DNA of 64,000 nt from a bacterium. GTDB lineage: Bacteria > Krumholzibacteriota > Krumholzibacteriia > LZORAL124-64-63. Both the position numbers and the translations under genes were made by a program. The DNA lies in NCBI GenBank assembly GCA_031441465.1, contig JANOEP010000011.1:35890-99889 (forward strand). The letters are read 5' to 3'. A model generated the notes under the pieces. The model did not search any database, was not told where the DNA came from, and saw only the letters and a program-made list of their open reading frames with translations. This document shows, in pieces, positions 11,423-20,241 of the stretch (the first letter of the stretch is position 1; each line of letters starts with the position of its first letter).

Positions 11423-11569
11423 GAACAGGACACACGGATCGTCCCGTCGCGGGGGGCGCTCGCCGGACACATCCTGTGTCCGGCTCGCTCGACTTGCGTC
11501 CCTCTGCGCCCTCCTGGCGCAGAGGGCCTCCAGACGCCCCCGCGACGGGACGATCCGTGTGTCCTGTTC
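11423..11569. repeat. Nested palindromic element: a ~35-bp outer inverted repeat enclosing two internal perfect hairpins.
   Basis: Arms GAACAGGACACACGGATCGTCCCGTCGCGGGGGGCG (11423-11458) and its reverse complement (11535-11569). Inner hairpins CCGGACACA-TCC-TGTGTCCGG (11463-11483) and CCCTCTGCGCC-CTCCT-GGCGCAGAGGG (11500-11526). Lies between convergent gene ends. Confidence 0.7.
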
Positions 11570-11705
11570 GTGGACCGGGGTGGATTGGGGGAGAGGTGGG
11601 GACGATGCGACCGGGCTCAGCGCACCAGGGACATCATGGTCGTCGCGACCGTGCCGGGCGAGGTAGGTGCCCGAGGGGTAGGTGCGGCAGCGCAACCGCC
11701 GCGGT

Positions 11706-12077
11706 TTATCGCCGCGCGAGGCAGGACGCGGCCAGCAACCCCCAGCCCGCCAGGAAGAACACCCCGCCGAAGGGCGTGACGATCCCCAGCTTGCGCAGGC
11801 CGGTGAGCGCGAGGGCGTAGAGGCTGCCCGAGAACAGCAGCGTGCCGGCGAGGAAGCACCAGCCGGCGGCGCGGGCGGGCGCCGGTGACGCCGCGCCGCC
11901 GCCGGCGGCCCAGGCGGCCGCGAGCAGGGCGAAGGCGTGGTACATCTGGTAGCGGGCGCCGGTCTCGAAGATCGTCAGCATCTCCGGCGTGAGCTTCGAC
12001 TTCAGGCCGTGGGCGGCGAACGCGCCCAGAGCGACGGCGACCAGGCCGGACACGGCGCCGGCGAACGCGAAGTTCAT
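11706..12077 (-). CDS. DUF423 (YgdD/TMEM256-like) small membrane protein.
   Basis: 123 aa with four TM helices and conserved HG...YH pattern. ATG overlaps the TGA of the upstream gene (ATGA). Confidence 0.65.
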   Translation of the reverse strand: MNFAFAGAVSGLVAVALGAFAAHGLKSKLTPEMLTIFETGARYQMYHAFALLAAAWAAGGGAASPAPARAAGWCFLAGTLLFSGSLYALALTGLRKLGIVTPFGGVFFLAGWGLLAASCLARR

Positions 12078-12889
12078 CAGATCTCCACCTTGAAGAGGCC
12101 CTTGACCGCCAGCCCGCCGGCGATCGAGAAGAGGCAGAAGCCCCACAGCCAGTCCGGCATGCCGAGACGGTTGCGGCCGCGCGCGGGCAGCTCGGCCCTG
12201 ATCCCGGTGATCGCGGCGCCGGCCGGCAGGGGCGATTCGGCGGGATGCAACAGGACGTGACGCCAGCCCGAGGCGACGCGGTCCGAGCCGAGGCGGCCCA
12301 GGGCGCGGTCGGGGGCGAGACGCTTTTCCCAGCGACCGGCGCCGTCGGAGACGGCGAGCGCCGCAGGTGCGTCGCGCTCGGCCCGCACACGCCACCAGAC
12401 GGCCCGACCGGCCCGGTCGCGCACGGGTCCGGCCGCCACGGCCAACCCGGGTCCGGGTTCGATCACGAGGCGGTCCGGCGCTGCGTCCGGCGCGTAGCGC
12501 GCCGTGACCAGGATCTCCTCGCCGGCCCGCAGGGCGCGGTGCTGATAGCGCGCGTCGAGCTGCACGATCACCAGCAACGCCAGCGGCAGCAGCACCAGCA
12601 GCGCGGGCAGCGACACCAGCAGGTAGCGCAGGTTCGCCACCAGCAGCCGCGCCTGCAGGCGCGCCATCACGGCCAACGAGTCCTGGTACAGGCTCAGCTC
12701 GTAGAGGCCGCCGGTCAGTTCGCGGCGGCGGCGGGCCAACAGGTCCTGGTTCGTCGTGAGCTTGAACAGCCACAGCATCGCGACGCCGGCGAGCGCCGAC
12801 ACGACGGCGAGGCCCGCCCACGGCGCGGCGCCGAAGGGGCGCAGCAGCAGGTCGAACAGGCCGTTCAGCAGCGAGGCGAACCAGGTCAC
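12077..12889 (-). CDS. Hypothetical integral membrane protein.
   Basis: 270 aa with multiple TM segments. Translationally coupled on both sides: the small RHH protein upstream ends 10 nt before its start, and its stop overlaps the DUF423 start. Confidence 0.55.
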   Translation of the reverse strand: MTWFASLLNGLFDLLLRPFGAAPWAGLAVVSALAGVAMLWLFKLTTNQDLLARRRRELTGGLYELSLYQDSLAVMARLQARLLVANLRYLLVSLPALLVLLPLALLVIVQLDARYQHRALRAGEEILVTARYAPDAAPDRLVIEPGPGLAVAAGPVRDRAGRAVWWRVRAERDAPAALAVSDGAGRWEKRLAPDRALGRLGSDRVASGWRHVLLHPAESPLPAGAAITGIRAELPARGRNRLGMPDWLWGFCLFSIAGGLAVKGLFKVEI

Positions 12890-12899
12890 CGCGGACTCC

Positions 12900-13094
12900 T
12901 CAGGAGATGTAGCCGAGGCCCTGCATGCGCTTGCGGATCTCGTCCTCGGAGGCGCCGCCTTCCTCGAACTTCGCGATCTCGCGCTCGAGCACGTGGCGGA
13001 CGAACTCCTCGGGCGAGGCGTAGCCGGCGATCCCCGAGTACTTGCGGATCTTGGCCAGGAGAGCCTTGTCGATCTTGACGGCGGGTCCGAACAT
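12900..13094 (-). CDS. Small ribbon-helix-helix (CopG/Arc-like) protein, 64 aa.
   Basis: MFGPAVKIDKALLAKIRKYSGIAGYASPEEFVRHVLEREI... Its ATG overlaps the stop of the upstream phosphodiesterase gene (ATGA). Confidence 0.5.
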   Translation of the reverse strand: MFGPAVKIDKALLAKIRKYSGIAGYASPEEFVRHVLEREIAKFEEGGASEDEIRKRMQGLGYIS

Positions 13095-15079
13095 CAGCGA
13101 CCTCCCGTGAAGAGGGGGCTGCCGACCATCTCCGGCAGCGGTGCGATCCCGAACAGGGAGAGGAACGTCGGGGCCAGGTCCAGCAGGGTCGGGTCGGTCT
13201 TGTCGATCCGCCGGCTGCTGATGATGATCCCAGGCACCTCGTCGGCGGCCATGCAGTGGTCGCCGCTCCACTTCATCATGTTGTCGACGAACAACGACGC
13301 GGGCACCTCGCCCAGGGCCGATTCGTTCGAGCCGCGGTAACCCCGGTAGTAGCCCAGGACGATGTCCGGGGCCTCGTGCGCGTGCTGGCCGTGGTAGACC
13401 TCGTCGGTGCGGTAGGCGTACTTGATCGCCCGCCGGCCGGTGACCGGATCGACCGCCGCCTCCAGGCCGGCGACCAGCTCCCGCAGCAGGGCCTCGCGCC
13501 CGGCGCCGGCGTCGACGATCCCGCGCGCCTCCCGCCCCTGCAGGTTGAGGTAGAGGCCGTTGATGCCGATGGCGTAGGCCCGGGTGCGGTCCCAGTCGAT
13601 CCCCGACAAGTACGTCACGTCACCCGGCGCGACGCCGGGCTGCAGGACCAGGTAGCCGTGATCGTACAGCCAGCGGTTGACATGGAAGGAGCGGTGGTAG
13701 GGCGCGAAGCCGTGGTCGCTCAGCACCAGCACCAGGGTCTCGTCGTCCGCGCGCTCCAGGGCCAGGCCCAGGGCGCGGTCGCAGGCCCGGTAGACGTCGC
13801 GGATGCGGTGCTCGTGGCGCTCGTCGTCGGGGTCGTGCAGGGGCGAGCCGTGGTCCATGTTGCGCCAGAAGGTGTGGCAGGTCTGGTCCGGGCTGTTGAA
13901 GTAGAAGAACAGGAAGCCGCTCTTCTGCGCGGCGAAGCGGGCGAGTTCGTGGCTCAGCTGCCGCTCGAGTTCCTCGAAGACCAGCGTCGACTGCGCCACG
14001 TAGTCGTCGTCGTCGAAGACGCCCTCTTCGAGCGCCTTGGTGTCGTCGGGCAGGCCCTGCGTGTAGAAGGGGCCCAGCGCCGCGGCCAGCTCGCGCGACC
14101 AGTCGGCGGGCGTGCTGATGGGCATCTCCGGCGCGGCGGGGTCGAGGTTCACCGGCGTGACGTACAGCTTGAACGTCGGCGACGCCTCCTTCAGGTAGAA
14201 GCGGCAGACGCCGCGCACGGTCTTCAGGGCGGGTACCAGCCGGAAGCGCAGCGTGACCCAGTCGCTCCACTCGCCCTGCTGCAGCAGGAAGCGCTCGCCG
14301 TCGACGTCGAACAGGGCGCTGCCGTGCTCGCGATCCACCACGACCTCGAAGGGCAGCCGCGATTCCGGGTCGCCCGCGCGGTAGGTGTTGGCCGGGCCGA
14401 TCAGTTCGGCCCACACGCGGCCGTCCCGCACCGCGACCGGCACGTGGCGGCCGCCGGACATCTCGATCTCTTCCGTGACGTCCTCGGTGAAGTAGCTATA
14501 GATGCCGTAGGTGCCCAGGATGTCGGGCGTTCCCATGCCGGACAGCGTGTGCGCCTCGCACTCGACCGGCGGGAAGTTCGCGGGCATCTTGAAGACCGTC
14601 GCCGGGACGCCCGCCGCGTCCAACAGCTGCCAGAAGGCGGCGCCGTCGCGCAGGTTCTCGACGCGGCTCTCGTCGCGGGGGAACTTCCAGGGCCCGATCT
14701 TCCACCAGCGCTGCGACTCCATGGCCTGGGCGGCCGACAAGTAGGGCGTCAGCGTGGCCGGGTTGCGGTGGATGAAGTCGAAGATGCCGTGGCCGCCGGG
14801 GTCCATGCCGGTGATGAAGTTCGACCAGGCCACCGGCGACTGGGGCGGGATCGCCGTGCCCAGCGGCCGGTAGTCGCCGCGCGCGATCAGGGCGTCGAAG
14901 TTGGGCATCGAGCCGTCGGCGCGGAACCGGTCCAGCAGCTGCGGGTCCATGCCGTCGAAACCGAGGCACAGCACCTTCGGCGGCGTCGCGGCGGTCGCCG
15001 CGCCGCAGACGGCGGCCACGAGCAGCAGGCCCAGGGCCGCGGCCGGCAGGTTGATCGGTCCGGCGCGGCGCGGGCTCAC
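13094..15079 (-). CDS. Alkaline-phosphatase-superfamily enzyme (type I phosphodiesterase / nucleotide pyrophosphatase-like), secreted. Paralogue B.
   Basis: GTG start overlapping the stop of paralogue A (GTGA). Signal peptide. GFDGMDPQL..., ...PQSPVAWSNFITG..., LVLSDHGF metal-site motifs of the AlkP core. Confidence 0.75.
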   Translation of the reverse strand: MSPRRAGPINLPAAALGLLLVAAVCGAATAATPPKVLCLGFDGMDPQLLDRFRADGSMPNFDALIARGDYRPLGTAIPPQSPVAWSNFITGMDPGGHGIFDFIHRNPATLTPYLSAAQAMESQRWWKIGPWKFPRDESRVENLRDGAAFWQLLDAAGVPATVFKMPANFPPVECEAHTLSGMGTPDILGTYGIYSYFTEDVTEEIEMSGGRHVPVAVRDGRVWAELIGPANTYRAGDPESRLPFEVVVDREHGSALFDVDGERFLLQQGEWSDWVTLRFRLVPALKTVRGVCRFYLKEASPTFKLYVTPVNLDPAAPEMPISTPADWSRELAAALGPFYTQGLPDDTKALEEGVFDDDDYVAQSTLVFEELERQLSHELARFAAQKSGFLFFYFNSPDQTCHTFWRNMDHGSPLHDPDDERHEHRIRDVYRACDRALGLALERADDETLVLVLSDHGFAPYHRSFHVNRWLYDHGYLVLQPGVAPGDVTYLSGIDWDRTRAYAIGINGLYLNLQGREARGIVDAGAGREALLRELVAGLEAAVDPVTGRRAIKYAYRTDEVYHGQHAHEAPDIVLGYYRGYRGSNESALGEVPASLFVDNMMKWSGDHCMAADEVPGIIISSRRIDKTDPTLLDLAPTFLSLFGIAPLPEMVGSPLFTGGR

Positions 15080-17286
15080 GAGGCACCTCCGTCGGGCAGC
15101 AGGCTCCGGCCGGTCATCCATTCCGGCTTCGCGATGCCGAACAGGTCCAGGATGGTCGGCGCCAGGTCGGTCAGCGCCGGCTTCGTCGCGGTGAACGGCA
15201 GCGACGAGAAGAGGATCCCCGGCACCAGGCGCGGGTCGACGCAGTGGTCGCCCGACCAGCTGCGGGTGTTGTCCTCGAAGACGTCGGCGGTGATGCGGCC
15301 CACCGCGGCGTCCCAGCCCGTGCGCCAGCCGACCTTGTAGCCGACCACCAGGTCGGGGCCGTTGCCGGTGTAGGGGCCGTGGTAGCACTCCCGCCCGTCC
15401 CAGACGCCGTTCACGCAGGTGCAGTGGCGCTCGGGGTCGCGCAGGTCCCGCAGCTTCGCCGCCAGTTCCAGCTTCAGCGCGTCGGCCGCGTCGGCCTCGA
15501 CGATCCCGCGGGCCTCGCGGCCCTTCAGGTTGAGGTAGAAACCGCCGAGGCCCGTGGCGTAGGCGCGGGTGCGCGACCAGTCGACGCGCGTCGGCTCGAC
15601 CCTGGCGCCCGGGGCGACGTCCGGCAACGGTCCGGCGGCGGGATCGTCCAGCAGGAACAGGTAGCCGTGCTCCCGCAGCCAGGTGTTGAGGTTCACGCAG
15701 CGCTGGAAGGTCTTGAAGCCGTGGTCCGAGACGACCAGCAGCACGTCGCCGGGCCGCATCTTGTCCATCGTCTCGCCCACCAGCGCGTCGGCGCGGTCGT
15801 AGAGGTCCCGGATGGCGTGGCGGTGGCGCTCGACGTCCTTGCCCGGGTTGGCCGGGTGCGCGGGGTCGAGGTAGCGGAAGAACATGTGCTGGATGCGGTC
15901 GGTGGCGTCGAACACGACCGAGATCGAGCCGGTGCGCTGGCGGTCGAGCGCGTGGAAGAACTGACGGCGGCGCTCCTCGTGGATCTCGTAGGCCTGGTCC
16001 AGGAAGGCCTGCTCGTCGATGACGCGCTCGTTCAGGGCCCAGGTGTCCTCCGCCAGGCCCAGCGTGGCGAAGGGGCCGTGGAGCTTGCCCAGGGCCACGG
16101 CGTAGTGGGCGGGGTGGGAGATGGCCAGGGCCGGCTTCTCGGGGTCGAGGTGCACCGGGGTCACGTAGAAGCCGACCGGCTCCTCGAAGCTGGTGACGCG
16201 GATCTTGCAGATGCCGTGAGCGGTCAGGCCCGGTCCGGCCCGGAAGGCCACCGGGATCCAGTCGCTGTTGCGGTCGGCGCCCAGCGTGAACGCGCGCTTG
16301 CCGACGCGGAAGTGCGCCAGGCGGGCCGCCGTGTCGAAGTTCGCTTCCAGGGGCACGCTCAGCGGCCGGCCGTCGAGATCGTCGGGGCCGGCCAAGCGCG
16401 CGCGGTAGGTGTCGCCGTCGCGGACGAGGCGGTTGCGCACCCCGCCGATCGTGTCGCTGTCGGCGACGGGGGCCACGCCGGCCGAGGCGCCGTCGATCGG
16501 GGCGCCGCCCGACGGGTCGGAACTGTACCAGGAAAAGGTGCCCTGGGTGCCGCGCAGGTCGGGCACGCACATCGCCGACAGCATCTGCCCGTCGACCTTT
16601 TCGGGCGGGAAGGTGATCGGCACCCGCAGCACCGTGGCCTTGACGCCGTGCTCGCCCAGCACCTGCCAGAAGGCCTTGCTGCGCCGCAGCAGTTCGAAGC
16701 GGGGCTTGCCCAGGGGCAACCGCCAGGAACCCAGCTTCAGCACGCGGTCCGACGGCGTGAGCCGGGTGGAGGAGAGCACCGGCAGGTAGGTGTGCAGGTC
16801 GCGGTTGAGGAAATCGAAGATGTTGTGGCGTCCGGCGTCGACGCCGGTGGCGAAGCCCGACCACGCGACCGGCGACATCGCCGGCGTGGTCGTGGACAGC
16901 GGCCGGAAACCGCCCCTTGCCTGGAGGCGCCGGAAACCGGGCAGGCGACCCTCGCGCAGGCCCTGCTTGACCAGGCCGGGATCGAGGCCGTCGAGACCCA
17001 GCACGATGACCCGGCGGGCTCGGGCTCGGCGCAGGCGCCGCCGGCCGCGCAGGTACCGCATCAGCGTGCGCAGGGGCCACAGCAGCAGCGCGCCCATCGC
17101 CACGAACAGGCCGGCCAACCCGAACAGCACCGAACCTCCCAGCGCGAAGCCGGCGCCGGGACCGATGTACGCCGCGGCGGGCGCGGCGGCGCCGAGCGCG
17201 GCCATCCCGGCGACGACGGCGAAACCGCGCCCGCGCACGGAACGAGGTCCACTCCCGGGGCAGGTCTGGGTCGTGCGGCGCGGCAT
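15076..17286 (-). CDS. Alkaline-phosphatase-superfamily enzyme (type I phosphodiesterase / nucleotide pyrophosphatase-like) with N-terminal TM. Paralogue A.
   Basis: 736 aa. VLGLDGLDPGL..., ...PAMSPVAWSGFATG..., LVVSDHGF. Same family as paralogue B at ~35-40% identity by eye. Confidence 0.75.
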   Translation of the reverse strand: MPRRTTQTCPGSGPRSVRGRGFAVVAGMAALGAAAPAAAYIGPGAGFALGGSVLFGLAGLFVAMGALLLWPLRTLMRYLRGRRRLRRARARRVIVLGLDGLDPGLVKQGLREGRLPGFRRLQARGGFRPLSTTTPAMSPVAWSGFATGVDAGRHNIFDFLNRDLHTYLPVLSSTRLTPSDRVLKLGSWRLPLGKPRFELLRRSKAFWQVLGEHGVKATVLRVPITFPPEKVDGQMLSAMCVPDLRGTQGTFSWYSSDPSGGAPIDGASAGVAPVADSDTIGGVRNRLVRDGDTYRARLAGPDDLDGRPLSVPLEANFDTAARLAHFRVGKRAFTLGADRNSDWIPVAFRAGPGLTAHGICKIRVTSFEEPVGFYVTPVHLDPEKPALAISHPAHYAVALGKLHGPFATLGLAEDTWALNERVIDEQAFLDQAYEIHEERRRQFFHALDRQRTGSISVVFDATDRIQHMFFRYLDPAHPANPGKDVERHRHAIRDLYDRADALVGETMDKMRPGDVLLVVSDHGFKTFQRCVNLNTWLREHGYLFLLDDPAAGPLPDVAPGARVEPTRVDWSRTRAYATGLGGFYLNLKGREARGIVEADAADALKLELAAKLRDLRDPERHCTCVNGVWDGRECYHGPYTGNGPDLVVGYKVGWRTGWDAAVGRITADVFEDNTRSWSGDHCVDPRLVPGILFSSLPFTATKPALTDLAPTILDLFGIAKPEWMTGRSLLPDGGAS

Positions 17287-17399
17287 GGCGTGTCCCGGTC
17301 AAGTGGTCCGGTGAACGTGGTGGGGACGACCGTTCAGGATAGGTGAACTGGGTCGCGTTGGCATCTTAAAACCAGCGCCGGGGAACCCGGCGACGACGG

Positions 17400-18230
17400 T
17401 CACTTCTGCAACGCGAAGGCCGCGATGACGCTGGCGGTGTAGTCGGGCTCCTCGAGCATCACGAAATGGCCGACCCCGGGCATCGTCTTGAAGCTGATGG
17501 TGCGCGCCCCGGCGTAGCCGTAGGCGTCGAGGAACTCCTGGGCTCGGTTGGGGTCGGGCAGCAGCGAATCGCTGCCGATCACCAGGATCGGGATGTCCTG
17601 GCCGTTCAACTCGTCGGTCAGGTCGAAATCGAAGCTGTTCAGCAGGAGTTGGGTGAAGGTGATCTGCTCGGTGCGCAGGGCCTGGTCCACGACACGGGCG
17701 ACGATCGTCTCGTCCTGGCTGAGCAGCCCGTAATAGTCGGCCAGGTACACGTCGTAGTTGAGGGACAGCTGGTCGGCGACCTGGATCTTCACCTCGCGCG
17801 TGGCCGATTGGCGCGGCGCGGCGTCGATCATCACCAGGCGCCGGACCTCCTGCGGGTGAGCGAAGGCGTAGGTCATGGCGACCATGCCGCCGAAGCCGTG
17901 GCCCACCAGCACCGGGGTGTGGATGCCCTTCTCCAGCAGGAAGCGGCCGAGGTCGGCGGCCACCGTGGCGATGGTCGCATCCTTGATCGGCGGGGTGCGG
18001 CCGTGGCCGGGCATCTCGTAGGCCCAGACCCGGAACCCCAGCTGCAGGTGGGGCAGCACGTCCTCCCAGATCGACGCGTCGGAGCCGAGCCCGTGGATCA
18101 GGACCATGTCGCTGCCGACCGGGTTGAACGGCGAGTCCGCTCCGGCGGTGGCCATGCCGGATCCCATCGTACCGCAGACGATCAGGGCGACCAGCAGCGG
18201 CAACAGCGCGGTCAGGGTCGCACGCTTCAT
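17400..18230 (-). CDS. Alpha/beta-fold hydrolase, secreted.
   Basis: Signal peptide MKRATLTALLPLLVAL, HG oxyanion motif (LIHGLGS), nucleophile elbow GHGFGG, and C-terminal His (GVGHF). Confidence 0.75.
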   Translation of the reverse strand: MKRATLTALLPLLVALIVCGTMGSGMATAGADSPFNPVGSDMVLIHGLGSDASIWEDVLPHLQLGFRVWAYEMPGHGRTPPIKDATIATVAADLGRFLLEKGIHTPVLVGHGFGGMVAMTYAFAHPQEVRRLVMIDAAPRQSATREVKIQVADQLSLNYDVYLADYYGLLSQDETIVARVVDQALRTEQITFTQLLLNSFDFDLTDELNGQDIPILVIGSDSLLPDPNRAQEFLDAYGYAGARTISFKTMPGVGHFVMLEEPDYTASVIAAFALQK

Positions 18231-18510
18231 GGGGGGCCTTTCACGGCTCGGGACAAGGAGGCGGGTCGTCGGCCGTTTCGTACAGATCGACGACGGACGC
18301 CACAACACCGCCGGCCTTCGCGTGTTCCCGCACCCGGGCCGGTGCCCGGGAGCAGCAGGAGGATCCTGGGGTACAAGCAAGGGCCGGAGCGGGCCGCGGT
18401 CAAGCGCCGGCAGCCGGTCGGGCGCCAGCACCCTGCTAGACACCCGCGTGTCCGCCGACTATCATGAGCCATCCGCGGCGGAGTGTGCCGACAGACCGGG
18501 AGCGAAGCTC

Positions 18511-20241
18511 ATGAAATCACGATGGTTCGTCACCGTCCTGCCGGCCGTCACGATGGCCGTCGTTAAGATGGCCGTCGTCACGCTGGCCGTCGTCATGATG
18601 ACCGCCGTCACCGTCAGCGCCCAACCGGCGCCGCCGGACTCCTCCGCCGCGCCCCCCCGTGCCGCCGTGAGCGACGCGGACAGGATCGCCGAGATCAACC
18701 GCCTCCTGGCGGAGAATCCCCGGAACGCCCAGCTCTACAACGAACTCGGTACGATCTACGCCGACCGCGAGAACTGGGTGGCCGCTCGCGACGCCATCAT
18801 CGCCGCCATCCAGTCCGACCCCCGCGCTCCGGACAGCCACCGGAATCTGGGTCTGGTCCTGATCAAGCTCGGCGAGCTGGACATGGCCCTGACCGAATTC
18901 GAAGCCTACCGCAAGCTGTCCCCCGAAGGCGGCCTCGACGCGTGGAAACTGATCGCCGAGGCCCGGCGGCGCGCCGGCGACCCGGCGGGCGCGGCCGCGG
19001 CCTACGAGACCGGGATCGCGGCCTACGGCGGGGTCTTCAACTCCGGGTCCTACGACCTGATCATGGGCCGCCTCGTGCTGGCGGAGGCGTCACCGGACCA
19101 GGAGGCCGCCGGCGCCGTGCTGGACCGCTTCGCCGGTGCGGCCCGCGACCACCTCGCCACGACCGGATTCGTCCCGGCCGACCGGACCGGCCTGGCGGCG
19201 CGCGCCCTGCTGGACCGGGCGCTGCGGCGCAAGCTCGAAGCCGCCCAGACCGCCGTCGACGCCGGCCGTCACGCCGAGGCGGCGGTCCTCTACGAAGCGG
19301 CGCTGGCGCTCGATCCCACCCGCCAGGATCTGCTGCCCCGCGCGGCCGGCGCCTGGTTCGACTCCGGCGACGCGCTGAAGTCGAAGGTGATGGCCCGCCG
19401 TGCGACCCAGGAGCACCCCGAGCGTCCGGACGGCTGGCTGGCCGTGGGCCGCATCGCCGAAGCGGAGAACCGGCCCCAGGACGCCATCACCGCCTACACG
19501 AACGCCTGGAATCTGGACAACTCGCAGCAACCCGTCGCGGCGAAGATCGGCACCCTCTACCTGCGAATGGGCGACAACGAAAGCGCCCGCAAGTTCGTGG
19601 GCGCGGTCGTCTCAGATCCCGAGACGACGGCGGAGATCCTCTTCCTCTACGGGTGCAGCCTGCAGCGGACCAACGATCACAAACTCGCGGTGCCCCCGCT
19701 GACCAGGGCGGTGGAGAAGGATCCCGGCCTGGTCGCGGCCTGGAAGGCCCTGGCGGTGTCCCTGCAGCAGCTCGAGCGCTGGCGCGAGGCGGCCGACGCC
19801 TACCGGCACGCCCTGGAGTCCGAGCAGGACGCCAAGCTGGCCTTCCAGCTCGGCGCCTGTCTGGTGAAGGACAACCGTCCCGAAGAGGCGATCGACGCCT
19901 ACTGGCTGGCCCTGGACCTGGATCCCACCTACACCAAAGCCTGGTCGAACCTGGGTGTGATCCAGTTGCAGCTCAAGGACTACGCCAACGCCTTGATCAC
20001 CTTCCGCACGCTGGCGACCCAGGGCGAGGATGTCTACCGCGCTCGACTGAACGAGGGCGTCTGCCTGTCCCAGCTCGGGCGGTTCGAAGAGGCCATGACG
20101 GCCTACGAGCAGGCTCTGGCACAGCAGGAAACGTCGGCCGTCTGGGACGCCATGGGCTACGTGTTCGACCAGCTGGGCGACAAGCCGAGCGCCGCGTCCT
20201 GCCTGGAGAAAGGCAAGCGCCTGAAGGCCGAGGGCAAGTGA
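18511..20241 (+). CDS. TPR-repeat protein with N-terminal signal/anchor.
   Basis: Multiple 34-aa TPR units (AxxYxxALxxDP... repeated). Hydrophobic, repetitive N-terminus. Confidence 0.75.
   Translation: MKSRWFVTVLPAVTMAVVKMAVVTLAVVMMTAVTVSAQPAPPDSSAAPPRAAVSDADRIAEINRLLAENPRNAQLYNELGTIYADRENWVAARDAIIAAIQSDPRAPDSHRNLGLVLIKLGELDMALTEFEAYRKLSPEGGLDAWKLIAEARRRAGDPAGAAAAYETGIAAYGGVFNSGSYDLIMGRLVLAEASPDQEAAGAVLDRFAGAARDHLATTGFVPADRTGLAARALLDRALRRKLEAAQTAVDAGRHAEAAVLYEAALALDPTRQDLLPRAAGAWFDSGDALKSKVMARRATQEHPERPDGWLAVGRIAEAENRPQDAITAYTNAWNLDNSQQPVAAKIGTLYLRMGDNESARKFVGAVVSDPETTAEILFLYGCSLQRTNDHKLAVPPLTRAVEKDPGLVAAWKALAVSLQQLERWREAADAYRHALESEQDAKLAFQLGACLVKDNRPEEAIDAYWLALDLDPTYTKAWSNLGVIQLQLKDYANALITFRTLATQGEDVYRARLNEGVCLSQLGRFEEAMTAYEQALAQQETSAVWDAMGYVFDQLGDKPSAASCLEKGKRLKAEGK

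Noticed and set aside
13094-17302. 1402-aa single ORF spanning both phosphodiesterase paralogues
   Set aside because: Only the last 662 codons are in the real frame. Paralogue A lies in a different frame and ends with its own stop at 15076-15078. The upstream 740 codons are out-of-frame read-through.
13256-17346. Long plus-strand ORFs (13256-15340, 15244-17346) antisense to the phosphodiesterase genes
   Set aside because: Low-complexity antisense artefacts.
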